NCBI RefSeq assembly: GCF_009914755.1
Contig: NC_060925.1
Length of the DNA: 64,000 bases
DNA from: the human T2T-CHM13v2.0 reference genome, Homo sapiens
Direction: 5' to 3' (one strand)
The position numbers were made by a program, and so were the translations under genes. This document shows positions 1 through 14,700 of this stretch, in pieces. Below the pieces are notes generated by a model. It worked only from the letters and a program-made list of their open reading frames with translations, had not been told where the DNA came from and made no database searches. Numbering within the stretch: the first letter of the stretch is position 1; every line of letters starts with the position of its first letter.

Positions 1-1159
1 CATCTGGTAAAGGCTCAGTTTATATAAATTTTAAAATCACAAGACAAAATTAAAACTTGTAAAGAAATTATTATATAGCTATTTGCTACCTTATATTATT
101 CATTATACTTTTACAATTCTATTAATTTTATTCTTTATACTGGTATTACCTAACTTATACACTCATTCCACAAATATTTATTGAATATACATTAGTTATG
201 ATTACATATGTAATCATACTTATACTTGATGAAAAACCCTTTGAAATAGGTATTATTACCACTTTACAGATGACATAAACAAAATTCAGAAAAGTTAAGT
301 ATGGGTGGAAGATTCTTGCCATACAATTCTTTTCATAATATAATTATTTACAAATACTAATTTATCTGTAATACTGAGCTCAGATTTTATACATTGGGAC
401 AGTTAACCTACATCTAAAACTCAGAAATGATCCAAAACCTAAATGAGGCCTTAATTTATTGCCTTACTTTTAAATACAGCAGAACGAGTAAAAAAATTAG
501 TCTGTTTAACAACTCTTCCTGCTCTTATTCATCTGCTAGTACAAATACTAATTCAGTAACAGAATACAAAGGCAGAGAAAGAAGAGTACTAGATTTTTAA
601 AAAAATTAAATGTATATATATCAGAGTAGACAATCTTCTAACAAAACATGTCATCCATAATTTAAAAGTTTTTATAACCTCAAACAATTGTACAAAAACA
701 CCTGCCTCTTTCCAAAAAGTCTTCATTATATATGTTATCTATGTTAGCCCTCAGAAAGAAGTATATTTTCTAATGTGTTTCAGATGTTATTTTCTTTTGC
801 ATGAAAGGTTTCATCAACAATCCTGAAAATATAGCCATTCTTTCAATGGCCTCTATTACAATGGTTACCAGGTTTCTCTTCCCAGAATCTATCCTAATTT
901 GGAAGGTAGACTACATCCACATTAGAGTGCACAATATGTATATGTCCCTATAAGACTTAAAAAAAAAAATCATGTTTGACAGCTAAGCTATATTTTCCTT
1001 GTTTTGTTTATTTGGCTTAAAACTGTAAGAAAAGATTAGCCACTTGGTGTGGTTTACATAGAAGGCTTAAATAAGCCAAACATATACTCAGGCTAAAGTA
1101 AAGATGTTTAATATCTTTTTTCTTAGTTCTAAATACCTGAAGAACCAGCAAGATTTCAC

Positions 1160-2300
1160 CCATTTATTCATTAATTCATTTTTACCTATTAAGCTAAGGT
1201 ACGGTACTAAGCACTGGAGATATAACAGTGAACAAATAGACAAAGAACTTTTCCTAACAGAGGATATCAGTCAAGGGAGAAAGCTGAGAAAATTATATTT
1301 ATTTGCACAGTTAAGTAAATAAAATACGAGGTGTTAAGTGCTAAAAAGAGAGAAGCACATAATTTAGGAGGGCATCAAACAAAAATCTCTAAGGGTCAGG
1401 GGTGGCTTCCCAAAAGAAGTTCAACAGAGACCAGGCAGAAGAAAGACAATTAGCTAAGAAAAGGTAGTAAAAGGGAAAGGGTTCCCGGGGTTGTTCCAAA
1501 CAGAAGAGATAACATGCAGAAACGTTTTTAGGCAAAGCACAGGACTTTAGGACCACAAACAGCTTTGGCGTGACTTGGAGTGAAAAAAGAGTTGAGACTC
1601 AAGAGGAAGAAAGGAATCAATTACACAGTGCTCTATAAAACCAAAACTGTACTCAGACTAGACTAACTAGGACGGAGTTTTAAAGACAGGAATCAATTAC
1701 ACAGTGCTCTATAAAACCAAGACTGGACTCAGACTAGACTGAGTTTTAACCTGAGTTTTCAGTCAGACTAGGATGGAGTTTTAACCTGGAGAATCACAAA
1801 AGTTTTGCATTTTACAAAGATCATTCACATCAGAACAAGAAGAATGGATTAGAATGGAACAAGACTCTAGAGAAAGACCAATTAAGGAGCTGTTGTGATA
1901 ATCCAAGAGAAAGTGGACTGTATTAAGGTAGTGGGGATGGAGATAGAAAAGGTAAGTAGGGTGAATTTGAGAGCTTTGTAAGATAGGCCCTATAGAACTT
2001 GGTGACTGTCTAGACAAAAATAATACCACAGAAACTGGAAAAATGTTTCAAGAAGGAGGGTATGACCTACCAAACCGACTACTAATGAAGAATCTAAGGT
2101 AAAACAATGAGATGTCTCCACTGGACTTCACACAAGGAAATCACTAGTAAGTCATTTCAGTGGAGTGATGAGGGTCAAACCTAGATTTCAATGGTAAGAG
2201 TAAGTGAAAGATGAACAAAACAGAAATAGAAAATAGAATCAAGTTATTCAAGAAATTGCGATGGGAAGAAAGTAAATAGAACAGTAGTTGCAAAAGTATA
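1160..2300 (-). mobile_element. Ancient LINE-2 fragment (approximate bounds)
   Basis: cattt/attcatt 3' end followed by 'gtactaagcactggagatataacagtgaacaa' and a purine-rich L2-like body. Confidence 0.6.
1612..1788. repeat. Local 53-bp direct duplication (period 76) with extra shuffled fragments
   Basis: 1612-1664 vs 1688-1740, 2 mismatches. Confidence 0.9.
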
Positions 2301-2539
2301 CAGGATATAAAAAAGAGGATTTTTTAAATAAGAAAAAATTGTATCATGTTTAAATGCTGATAGGAACAGGGCCAATAGAAAGGTTGATTTTGAAAAATCA
2401 GTGAAGAGTAAGAATACAGCAAGGTCCCAAAAGGGATAGGACCCAATTCACTGGCAGTAGGCTTAGCTTAGAGTAAAAGAGAGAAAGAGATCCCTTCATT
2501 TCCCTGTTTAAAAGACGGTTTACATTATCATCATCATTT

Positions 2540-2730
2540 TGCATTGAAAATTTAGTACTTATAAGATACTATGCTAAGCCCTTTACAACCTCTAGGAGTC
2601 CTATAAGTATTACTGCCCTCACTTTATAGATTAGGAAACCAAACTTCAAGAAGGTTAACTAACCTTGCCTAAGGTTTCAAGGGTGGATTTGAACCCACCT
2701 AAGCCTGACTGCCAAGAGCATAATCAATAG
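2540..2730 (-). mobile_element. MIR
   Basis: Core 'ccctcactttatagattaggaaacc...ggttaactaaccttgcctaaggt...ggatttgaaccca'. Confidence 0.65.
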
Positions 2731-3431
2731 GCTATATACTCTCAGGAAGGATGGGGACAGATACAGACAAATTAGGTTTGGTGGCAAGATGTTGGCTAAG
2801 GAAGTTCCGCTCTGCTAATCTGCTGAATGAGGATATGGCAGCTTAATGAAAGTGAAAAAGATTTTAAATAAACATAAATAAAAAGCTACGTAAGAGAAAC
2901 ATGGAAGGTACAGGGCACCTGAGAGGCTCCCAACTATAATTGGAAACCATGCCTTTAGAGTTGTAGCAATATGCAGAAATATGTGATTTTTCCTCAACAA
3001 GAGCAAAGACAATGGGAGAAAGGAAGAAAAACTGTTGGCAAGAAAGCTATGCACTTTAAAGAACAGGCCATCTAAGCCACATAAGTAAAGGAAGCAAGTA
3101 TAGGTAAGGGGAAATACAGAAAAGGTGCAGCTGTAACAAAATAAATAACTTCATGTATTCTTCTATGTATTTATCTCTCAATTATTACTTGTCCACCTAT
3201 TCAGAGTAAACCAACAGCAGTACAGAGTGCATATTTGTTTGATTGATAAAATTAAAGACTCTATAATCTAAAGCATTGGGGTTGACCACAGGTAATTACT
3301 CTAGCACTGAAATATTATACTTGGAATCCTAAATCATAATGCCAGTGACCAACCAGAATTTCAATTATCATTAAGAACACTAAATAAGAGAAAACAGATG
3401 CAGGTCCAGACACAACCATTATTTTTACTGA

Positions 3432-3733
<302 letters not shown>

Positions 3734-3915
3734 ACATGAGTTATGAGTATGATGAACAGGGTACTGCAATTTTTTTCACTCTATCTTCAAGGCAGTTTTA
3801 AATTAATTAGTCAGACCTATGACTCTGAACTTAAATAAAAATTGCCATATCTAGCAGTGAAAAAAAAAAACTTCTGAAAACCAGAACATACCTATTTCTT
3901 TAAGAACCTGTCAAC

Positions 3916-4209
3916 TTTTTTTTTTTAAACAGAGTCTTGCTCTGTTGCCCAGGCTGGAGTGCAGTAGGATACGATCATGGCTCACTGCAGCCTTGATCTC
4001 CTGGGCTGAATCAATCCTCCCACCTCAACCTCCCAAGTAGCTGGGACTACAGGCGCAAGCCACAATGCCCAGCTATTTTTTGGATTTTCTGTAGAGTCAG
4101 GGTTTTACCATGTTGCCCAGACTGGTCTTAAACTCCCGGGCTCAAGTGATCCTCCTAACCTTGGACTCCCAAGTGCTACGATTATAGGAATGAGCCACCA
4201 TGCCTGGCC
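3916..4209 (-). mobile_element. Alu (J-type)
   Basis: Dimer with J diagnostics. Confidence 0.93.
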
Positions 4210-4712
4210 CCAACTATTAATACAATAGAAATCATACCACAAAAAACCATACCTATGTTTTCTTTGCCTCAATAATTTTCTTCCAAGCAAAGTGAAGATT
4301 GTATTTCTCTTCCACCTGCAAAAGTAGGGTCATGGGAATCTCTTAAGAATAAAAGAAAAAGCTTCTAAGGGTCAGGTTTCCCAAAGCGGTGTAAGGACTA
4401 GATTATGTGCATGAATATCCCCAAGATGCAAAGTTAAACATCCGGGTGCCCATTTCCTGTCCCTAATCTACTAAAACACTCTCTAAATGCAGACCTAGGA
4501 ATCTACATTTTTAACAGGACAAGGCAAAATTTTTTTATACTCAAGGTCTAATACATAAGGTAAGTTTTATATAAAGATTATGAGCCACTGATTCGAAGAG
4601 CTTCTTAAAAAAAAAGAGGAATATTTCAGATCTCAGATCTTATTTCTGACATAAAACTTTTAACAACAAAATTATTATTTCCGACAACAAAATTAAACTA
4701 AAATATCAAGCA

Positions 4713-5023
4713 GGCTGGGTGGAGCAGCTCATGCCTATAATCCAAGCACTTTGGGAGGCTGATGCAGGAGGATTACTTGATGCTTGGATTTTGAGACTAG
4801 CCCAGGCAACATAGTGAGAACCCATCTCTACAAAAAAAAAAATTTAAAAATTACTGGGTATGGTGGTCCACACCGGTAGTCCTAGCTACTCAGGAGGCTG
4901 AAGTGGGAGGATCGCTTGAGCCCAGGATTCAAAGCTGCAGGCTGCTATGTCTCCAATTATGAGTAGCCACTGCACTCTAGCCTAGGCTAGAGATATTGTA
5001 GTGGGACGCCGTTTTAAAAAAAA
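4713..5023 (+). mobile_element. Alu (J-type)
   Basis: Diverged dimer. Confidence 0.9.
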
Positions 5024-5044
5024 TTGGTAATAGAGATGACTGAG

Positions 5045-5152
5045 GCTTCACAGATTAATTAAATTAGATTCTCTAAGGCAGGGCTAGGCATTCATATATT
5101 TTTATAACATCCCAAGTGATTCTAATATGCAGCTAGATTTGAAAACCACTAC
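5045..5152. mobile_element. MER5-like hAT DNA transposon fragment
   Basis: 'cccaagtgattctaatatgcagctagatttgaaaaccact' terminal motif. Confidence 0.6.
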
Positions 5153-7895
5153 ACTGTATCATTCTTAAAAAGAAATAGATTCATTAAGAATTACTAGTAA
5201 TAGAGAACAAACTGCTATTCATAAGTAAAATGAAAGAATGAAATAACTCTAAACATTAAGGTACAAAGATAATATATAATTGCAACACAATTTTTTTAAA
5301 GTATTTGCAGGCTAGATTTCTAAAATCTTCGTAAATCAAGAAAGCAAGAATTACCAGCATCATCTACTAGAAGTAATATTTCTAGTAAACTACGTGAGAA
5401 CAGGCAACTCAAGCATCCCCTATGTTCTAAATCCATTCCCTTAGATCGATAACCTTGTTGAATGGCTGTATACTTTTGAATGTAAACATGTTTAAATTAA
5501 GGCTTACCACACCTCAAAATATTTCAATAAGCATTTGATAGTATCAGTTTACACTTAACCATATTCTTTTTCCTTTTTTTCTCTGCCACTGTAGTGCAAA
5601 ATATACTTAACCACATTCCAAAGTTTCCTATGTTGTATCTGATAAAATTTTCTAAAAGAATGCTTGTCATTGTTTATAGACCAGCTCCATTATCCATTTA
5701 TACACGTATCCCTGCCAACACACAAATTTTTTTAACTGCAAAGTGTAGGAGAAAATTTTTCACTTAGAAGATTTTGACTGAAAAAAATCCTAAAGAGGGG
5801 CAGAGCAAGATAGCCGAGTATAAGGCTCCACCGATGGTCCCCCCAAAAAGGAACACTAAATCTAACAACTATCTACCCAAAAAAACAGAACCTTCATGAG
5901 ATCCAAAAATCAGGTGAACACTCACAGTACTTGGTTTTAACTTCATGTTGCTGAAAGAGGCACTGAAGAGGGTAGGAAAGACAGTCTTGAGTTGCAGATG
6001 CCACCCCTTCCCTATCCCCCAGCAGTGACCACAAGGCACAGAGAGAAAATCTATGATTAATGAGAGAGAGGGCACTCATCATGAGACTACATCAAATTCC
6101 ATGCTGCCATCACAGTAGAAAGCAAAACCAGGCAGCTAACGCCCGCTCACACCAGCCCTAGCCAGAGGGCAATTGTTCATTCAGTTCCAGCAACCCTGGC
6201 CACCTGGACTAAAGTGCTCTAGAGCATTAAATAAACTTGAAAAGCAGCCTAGGCCACAACTGCAGTTCCTAGGCAAGTTCTAGTTGTCAGCTGGGCTCGA
6301 AGCCAGGAGACATGGGGGGCATGTGACCTACTGAGACTCCAGCCAGAGCAATTAAGGGAGTGCTTGCACCACCCTTCCCCTAACCACAGGCAACACAGCT
6401 CGTGACCCCTTTCTTTCACTTGAGGAAAGGAGAGAAGAGTAATGAGGACTTTGTCTTGCATCTTGGTTATAAGCTCAGCCACAGTAGGATAGGGAAACAG
6501 ACAAGGTCATGAGGCCCCCATTCCAGGCCATAGCTCCCAAATAACATTTCTAGACACACCCTGGGCCAGAAAGGAACCCACTGCCTTGAAGGGAAGGAAC
6601 CAGTCCTGGCAGCATCCATCATTTGCTGACTAAAGAGCCTGTGGACCTTGAATAACCAGCAGTGACACGCAGGTAGTACATCATGGGCCTTGGGTGAGAC
6701 TCTGAAATGTGCTGGCTTCAGGTGAGACCTAGCACATTCCCAGCTATGATGGCTATGGTGAGAAACTCCTTCTGCTTAAGAAAAGCAGAGGGAAAAGCAA
6801 AGTGGACTTTGTCTTGTACCTTAAGTATCAGCTCAGCCACAGTGGGATAGAGCACCAAGCAGGCTCTTGGGGTCCCCAATTCCAGGCCTTAGCTCTTAGA
6901 TGGCATTTCTGGACTTGCCCTGAGCCAGAAGGGGGTCCACTACCCTGAAGTGTTACTCCCCAACCTGGCAGCATTGACTACAAGTTGACTGAAGAGGCCT
7001 TGGGCCTTCAGTGAAAATTAGTGGCAGCCTGACAGTACTCCCCACGGGCCTGTGGTGATGGTGGCCATGGGGTGAGGCTCCTCTGCCTATGGCATGCAGG
7101 GAAAGGTGGGAAGCACCATGTCTCATGGTTTGAGTGCTAGCTCGGCTGCAGGAGAATAGAACACCAGGTAGATATCTAAAGTTTTTTACTTCAGTCCCTG
7201 GCTCCGGGATGGCATCTCTAGACCTCCCCAGAGTCTCAGGGAACTCACCGCCCTGAAGGGAAGGACACAAGCCTGGCTGGGGTTGCTACATGAATATAAA
7301 GCCCTAGAGCCTTGAGCAAACATAGGCTGTAGCCAGGTAGTGGATATAGCGGGCCTTGGGTGAGACTCAGTGCTGTGCTGCCTTCAAGTCTAACCAAGCC
7401 CAGTCCCAGTGGTGGTGGCCACAGGGGTGCTTGTCACCCCATGCCCAGCCCCAAGCAGCTCAGCACAGAGAAAGAAACTCTATTTGAGAGAAAGTAAGGG
7501 AAGAGAAAAAGAATCTTTGCCTGGTAATCCAGAGAATTCTTTCAGATCTTATCCAAGACCACCAAGGTAGTATGTCTGTAAGAACTACAATGTTACTGGG
7601 CTTGGGATGCCCTCTAATACAGATATAGCTTAGATCACAACACTCAAGTCCTTTCAAATACCTGGAAAGCCTTCCCAAGAAGGACAGCTACAAACAAGCC
7701 CAGACTGAGAAGACTAAAATAAATACCTAACTCCTCAATGTCCAGACACTGTAGTAGATGTCCAAGCATCTACTACAAGCATCAAGCCAACACAGGAAAA
7801 CAGAACCTCACCAAATGAACTAAACAAGGCACCAGGGACCAATCTTGGAGAAACAGACATATGTGACCTTTCAGACAGAGAATTCAAAATAGCTG

Positions 7896-8243
7896 TGTGT
7901 CTGTTCTCATGCTACTAATAAAGACATACTTGAGACTGGGTAATTTGGACAGGAAAGCGGTTTAATTGACTCACAATTCCACATGGCTGGGGAGGCCTCA
8001 CAATCATGGCTGAAGGCAAATGAGGAACAAAGTCACGTCTTACATGGGGGCATGCAAAAGGACTTGTGCAGGGGAATGTCCATTTATAAAACCATCAGAT
8101 CTTGGGAGACTTACTACTACAAGAATAGTATGCAGGAAACCATCCCCATGATTCAATTATCTCCACCTGGCCCTGCCCTTGACACATGGGGATTATTACA
8201 ATTCAAGGTGAGACTTGGGTGGGAACACAGCCAAACCATATCA
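7896..8243 (-). mobile_element. THE1 (MaLR) solo LTR inserted in L1 ORF1
   Basis: Ends acacagccaaaccatatca; 5-bp TSD agctg/aactg. Confidence 0.92.
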
Positions 8244-8474
8244 AACTGTTTTGAGGAAACTCAGAGAAATTCAAGATATCATTGAGAAAGAATTCAAAAC
8301 TCTATCAGATAAATTTAACAAAGAGATTGAAAGAAAAAGAAACAGAAATTCTGCAGCTGAAAAATGCAACTGATATACTGAAGAATGAATCAGAGTCTGT
8401 TAATAGAAAAACTGATCACACAGAAGAAAGAATTAGTGAGCTTTAAGACAGGCTATTTGAAAATACAGAGAGGA

Positions 8475-8781
8475 GGCCGGGCACAGTGGCTCACCTGTAA
8501 TCCCAGCACTTTGGGAGGCCGAGGCAGGCAGATCACAAGGTCAGGAGTTCGAGACCAGCCTGGCGAACATGGTGAAACCTTATCTCTCCTAAAAATACAA
8601 AAATTAGCTGGGTGTGGTGGCACGTGCCTGTAGTCCCAGCTGTGGGAGGCTGACGCAGGAGAATTGCTTGAATCTGGGAGGCAGAGGTTGCAGTGAGTTG
8701 AGATCATGCCACTGCACTCCAGCCTGGGCGACAGAACAAGACTCTGTCTCAAAAAAAAAAAAAAAAAGGAAGGAGGGAAGG
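8475..8781 (+). mobile_element. Alu (S-type) inserted in L1 ORF1
   Basis: 16-bp TSD gaaaataca(g/c)agagga. Confidence 0.95.
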
Positions 8782-11700
8782 GAAAATACACAGAGGAAAC
8801 AACAACAAAAGAATACAAAACAATGAAGCATGACTACAGGATCTGGAAAATAGCCTCACAAGGGCAAATCTAAGAGTTATTAGCCTTAAAGAGGAGGCAA
8901 AGAAAGACATAGGGGTAGAAAGTTTATTCAAAGGGATAAGAACAGAGAACTTCCCAAACCTAGAGAAAGGTATCCAAGTACAAGAAGGTTCTAGAAAACC
9001 AAGGAGATTTAGCCCAAAGAAAACCACCTCAAGTCATTTAATAATCAAACTCCCAAAGGTCAAGGATAAAGAGAGGATCCCAAAAGCAGCAAATGAAAAG
9101 AAACAAATTACAACATAGCTCCAATATGTCTGGCAGCAGACTTTTCAGTGGAAAGCTCACAGGCCCAAAGAGAGTGGCATGACAAACTTAAAGTGCTGAA
9201 GGAAAAAAATTTTACCCTAGAATAGTATATGCAGTGAAAATATGCTTTAAACATGAAGGAGAAATAATGACTTTCCCAAACAAAATCTGAAGGATTTCAT
9301 CAACATCAGACCTGTCCTACAAGAAATGCTAAAGGAAGTACTTCAATCAGAAAGAAAAGGACATTAGTGAGCAATAAGAAATCATCTGAAGGTACAAAAC
9401 TCACTGGCAATAGTAAGTACCCAGGAAAACACAGAATAATATAACACTGTAACTGTGGTGTGTAAGCTACTCTTAAGTAGAAAGACTAAAAGATGAACCA
9501 GTCAAAAATGACTATAACTTTTCAAGACATAGCACAAAAAGATATGAAACAATAAAAAGTTAAAAAGCAGAGGGACAAGGTTAAAGTGTAGAGTTTTTTT
9601 AAGTCTTGTTTTTGTTTATTTGTTTATGCAGGCAGTGTGAAGTTGTTATCAGGTTAAAATAATGGGTTAAAGATAGTCTCTGCAAGCCTCATGGTAACCT
9701 TACCTCAAATGAAAAAACATATAACACATACACAAAAAATAAAATGGTAGAAATTAAATCACAACACCAGAGAAAATCACCTTCACTAAAAAAAGACACG
9801 AAGAGAGTACCACAAAACAACCAGAAAATAAATAACAAAATGGCAGGAGTAAGTCTTTACTTATCAGTAATAACATTAAATGTAAATGGACTAAATTCTC
9901 CAATCAAAAGACACAGACTGGCTGAACGGATGAAAAATAAACAAGACCCATGGATCTGCTGCCTACAAGAAACACACTTCACCTATAAAGACAGACATAC
10001 ACTGAAAATAAAGCGATGAAAAAAGATATTTCCTGCCAATGGAAACCAAAAAAGAGCAGGAATAGCTATACTTTTATCAAACAAAATAGATTTTAAGACA
10101 AAATCTATAAAAAGAGACAAAGAAGGTCACTATGTAATGATGAAGGGGTCAATTCAGCAAGAGGATATATCAATTAGAAATATATATGCACTCAACACTG
10201 AAGCACTCAGATATATAAAGCAAATATTGTTAGAGCTAAAGAGAGAGATAGACCCCAATACAGTAACAGCTGGAGATTTCAACACCCCACTTTCAGCATT
10301 GGACTGATCTTCCAGACAGAAAAATAAACAAAGAAACAGCAGACTTAATCTGCACTATAGACCGACCAAATGGACCTAACAGATACAGAACATTTCATCC
10401 AATGTCTGCAGAATACACATCCTTTTCCTCAGCAAAAGGGTCATTTTTGAGGACAGAATATGTTAGGTCACAAAACAAGTCTTAAAACATTCAAAAAGAC
10501 TAAAAATAATATCAAGCATCTTCTCTGATCACAATGGAATAAAACTAGAAATCAGTAAAAAGAGGATTTTGGAAACAATACCAACACATGCAAATTAAAC
10601 AATATACTCCTGAATGACCCGTGGGTCAATGAAGAAATTTAAAAGGAAATTGAAAAACTTTTTGAAACAAATGATAATGAAAACACAACATACCATAACC
10701 TATAGGATACAGCAAAAGCCATGCTAAAAGGGAAGTTTATAGGTATCAGTGCCAACATAAAAAACAAAAAACTTCAAATAGATAACCTAAAATGCATCTT
10801 AAAGCAAGAGCAAACCAAACCCAAAATTAGAAGAAATCATATAGATCAGAAGTAAATGAAATTGAAACAAAGAAAATAATACAAATGATCAATTTGAAAA
10901 GACAAACAAAATTGACAAACTTTGGCCAGACTTAAAAAAAAAGAGCACTCCAAATAAAATCAGAGATAAAAAAAAAAAAAGCAGACTTTACAATCAACAC
11001 CACAGAAAGTCAAAGGATCATTAGAGCAACTAATTGCTCTAATTGGAAAATCTGGAATAGATAAATTGCTAGATATAATCTGCCAAGACTAAGCCATGAA
11101 AAAATCCAAAACCTGAACAGACCAATAACAAGTAACAAGATCAAAGCCATAATAAAAAGTCTCCCAGTAAAGAAAACCCTGGGACCCAATGGCTTCATTG
11201 CTGAATTCTACCAAACATTTAAAGACGAACTAATACCAATCCTACTCAAACTATACCAAAAAATAGAGGAGGAGGGAATACTTCTAAATTCATTATATGA
11301 AGTATTACCCTGATACTCAAACCAGACAAAGACACGTTAAAAAAAGAAAACTACAGGCCAATATCTCTGATGACTGTTGAAACAAAAACCCTCAACAAAA
11401 TACAAGCAAACAAAATTCAACAATACATTAAAAAAAAAAATTCATCATGGCCAATTAGGACTTATCCCTGGGATGAAAGGATGGTTCAACATATGCAAAT
11501 CAATGCGATACATCATATCAACAGAATGAAGGACAAAAACTATGATCATTTCAATTGGTGCAGAAAAAGCACTGGCAAAGTTTGACATCCCTTCATGATT
11601 AAAAAAAAAAACTCTCAACAAATTAAATACAGAAGGAATGTACCTCAACACCCTCAACACAATAAAGGCCATATACAACAAGCCCACAGCTGACATCATA

Positions 11701-14700
11701 CTCAAGGGTGAAAAGTTGAATGTTTTTCCTCTAAGATCTGAAAAAAGACAAGGATCCCCAAACCACTTCCATTCAACCCAGTAATAGAAGTCCTAGACAC
11801 AGCAATTAGTCAAGAGAAAGAAATAAATAGCATCTAAATTGGAAAGGAAAAAATTAAATCATCACCATTTGCAGATGACATGATCTTATACATAGAAAAC
11901 CCTAAAGACTCTACCCAAAACACTTTTAGAATAAACAAATTTAGTATTAGTTAAGTTGCAGGATACAAAAATCAACATACAATAATCAGTAGCATTTCTA
12001 TACACTAACAATGAATTATCCAAAAAAGAAACCAGGAAAACAATCCCATTTAAAAATACCTACCAAAAAAAAAAAAAAAAAAAAAACCCACATGCAAAAA
12101 AACACAAAAACTCTTAGGAATAACTTTAACCAAGAAGGTAAAAGAACTCTACGCTGAAAACTATAAAATACTGATGAAAGCAACTCAGGAAGATAGAAAT
12201 ACATGGGAAGAATTAATACTATTAAAATGTCCATACTACTCGAAGCAACCTACAGATTTAATGCAATCCCTATCAAAATTCCAATGTCATTTTTCATAGA
12301 TATAGAAAAAACAATCCTAAAATTTGTATGGAACCACAAAAGACTCCAAATAGCCAAAGCAATCTTGAGCAAAAAACAAAAACAAAACCCAAAGCCGGAA
12401 GCATCACACTCAATGATTTCAAAATATACTACACAAAGCTATTACAATCAAAATAGGATGGTACTGACATAAAAAACAGAAAATGAAGTAAAACAGTGCA
12501 GAAATAAACCCACGTGTTTGCAGTCAATTGGTCTTTGACAAAGGTGGCGAAAACACACAATAAGGGACAGTCAGTTCAATAAACGATGCTGGGGAAACTG
12601 GATATCCACAAGCATAAGGACAAAATTAGACCTTTATCCCATACCATATACAAAAATCAAATGAAAACGAGTGAAAGACCTAAATATAAGACCCAAAACC
12701 ATAAACTAGAAGAGAACATAGGAGGAAAGTTCCTCAACATTGGTGTTGGCAATGATTTTTTGGGTAATACACAAAAAGCTTAGCTACAAAGGTAAAAATA
12801 AATGAGACTAGCTCAAACTAAAAAGCTTCAGCGTGGCAAAGGAAACAAACAACAAAATAAAAAGGCAACCTACAAAGAAGGAAAAATGTTTGCAAATCAA
12901 ATATCTGATAAGGGATTAGTATCTAAAATTTAAAGACAAATAATCCAATTTAAAAATGAGCAAAGGAGTTGAACAGATATTTCTCCAAAGACATAAAAAT
13001 GGTCAATGGGTATATGAAAAGGTACTCAACATCACTAATCATCAGGGAAATGCAAATTAAGTCCACTATATGATATAACCTCACACCCATAAGGATGGCT
13101 GTTAGCAAAAAGACAGATGATAATAAATGCTGGTTGAGGGTATGGAGAAAGGAAACCTTAGCACACTGTTGGTGGAAATGTAGATTGATACAACCATTAT
13201 ACCAAACAGTATGGAAGTTCCTAAAGACATTTTTAAAAGAACTACCATATGACATAGCAATCCCTCCTCTGGGCATTTACCCAAAGGAGATGCCCAGAGG
13301 CATAAAGATATCTGCACTACCATGTTCACTGAAGCATTATTCACAATAGCTAAGATATGGAAACAACCTAAATGTCCATTGACAGACAACGGACAAAGAA
13401 ATGTGGTACATATATACACAATGAAATACTATTCAATTTTTTAAAAGGAGATACTGCCATTTGCCACAACACCAACAGACCTAGAGGGCATTATGCTACA
13501 TGAAATAAGCCAGACACAGAAAGACAAATATTGCGTGATCTGGTCTATATGTGGAATATTAGAAAAGAAAAAGAGCTCTAATACACAGAGATAATGAAAC
13601 AGTGGATACCACTGGCAGGGGGGTGGGGAAAGAGAATATGAGGAGACATAGGTCAAAGGATACAAAATTGTAGATACCTAGGATGATCAAGTTTAGAGAG
13701 CTAATATACAGCATGAAAACTAAAGTTAATAAATTATATTAGAGATTTTTATTAAGTAAGCAGATTTCAGTTGCTCTTGTCACCAAAAATGTAACTATAT
13801 GAGATGATAGATATGTTAATGTGCTTCACTATAGTAACCACTTACTACCTATATGTATCCTATAACATATTACTAACTTCAAATCTACACAATAAAATTT
13901 ATTATTTTGTAAATAAAGTGTCTGATAGTCTTTACTTCCACCAATTCTTTAGGTTGTAGTTGACACATTTTGCCTTCAGTAAATCATTTAAGACATCATA
14001 TAGATGTTGGTAACTTCTTCATGGATTATTAGTCTTTAGTATGAACCACAGAAACACTAACAACATAGAATACAGGGATTACTCTTCCATTTGCAGAAAA
14101 AATGTAATCATAATTGAGATTTCTCTGAAAGAGAAATTTGTTTTCATTTGCATTTAGTTGAGTTACACTTTCAAATCCTAACCACACAATTAACCTGTGA
14201 AGACTAGGTCTTAAAAAGCAAGATATTTACTACATTATTTATTAGAACCAAGATAAATAAAACTCATTATTCTTCACTGCTATTCCACGCCTTTAAAAAA
14301 AAAAAAAAGCATCTATTTTTAAACGCTGCTTCTCAGGTATCTATCATTAAAGAGTTTCTTGGTATATGTTTATATGGTAGGTAGAGACTGAGGAACCAAA
14401 ATGTCTCCTCTCTAGTGTTGCTATGCAATTGTAAGGAAGAGAGAGTAAGTAAAGAGACTTTTTTAAAGGAGGAAATAAATTAAATTATCCATTTATTAGA
14501 ATAAAATAAAGACATCCAGCCAAGGACCTTTCTCTTTTCTCCTGACCTTCTCCATTCCCTGCCACACACATACCAAGAGTGCTATTCCTACCTGATAAAC
14601 TAAACAAGTTATATCCTACATATTGACTTTTCCCCTATGTCGAATATATATTAAAATTTGAAAATCTAGGATCTCTTTAAGCATAGTCTATAATACATTT

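Larger units (their letters stand above)
5795..13900 (+). mobile_element. Near full-length, inactive L1 (L1M/L1MA-type): 5'UTR, broken ORF1, broken ORF2, 3'UTR
   Basis: 5' motif ggggcagagcaagatagccga; ORF2 start MAGVSLYLSVITLNVNGLNSPIKR at ~9840; RT motif (tttgcagatgacatgat, FADDM) ~11870; 3'UTR ending aataaaatttatt. Confidence 0.93.

Noticed and set aside
6400-7420. ~360-bp imperfect tandem units
   Set aside because: Most likely intrinsic to the 5'UTR of this old L1 family
9744-13419. Endonuclease/RT-like ORF fragments
   Set aside because: Decayed L1 ORF2 with many stops and frameshifts; not a functional or novel enzyme
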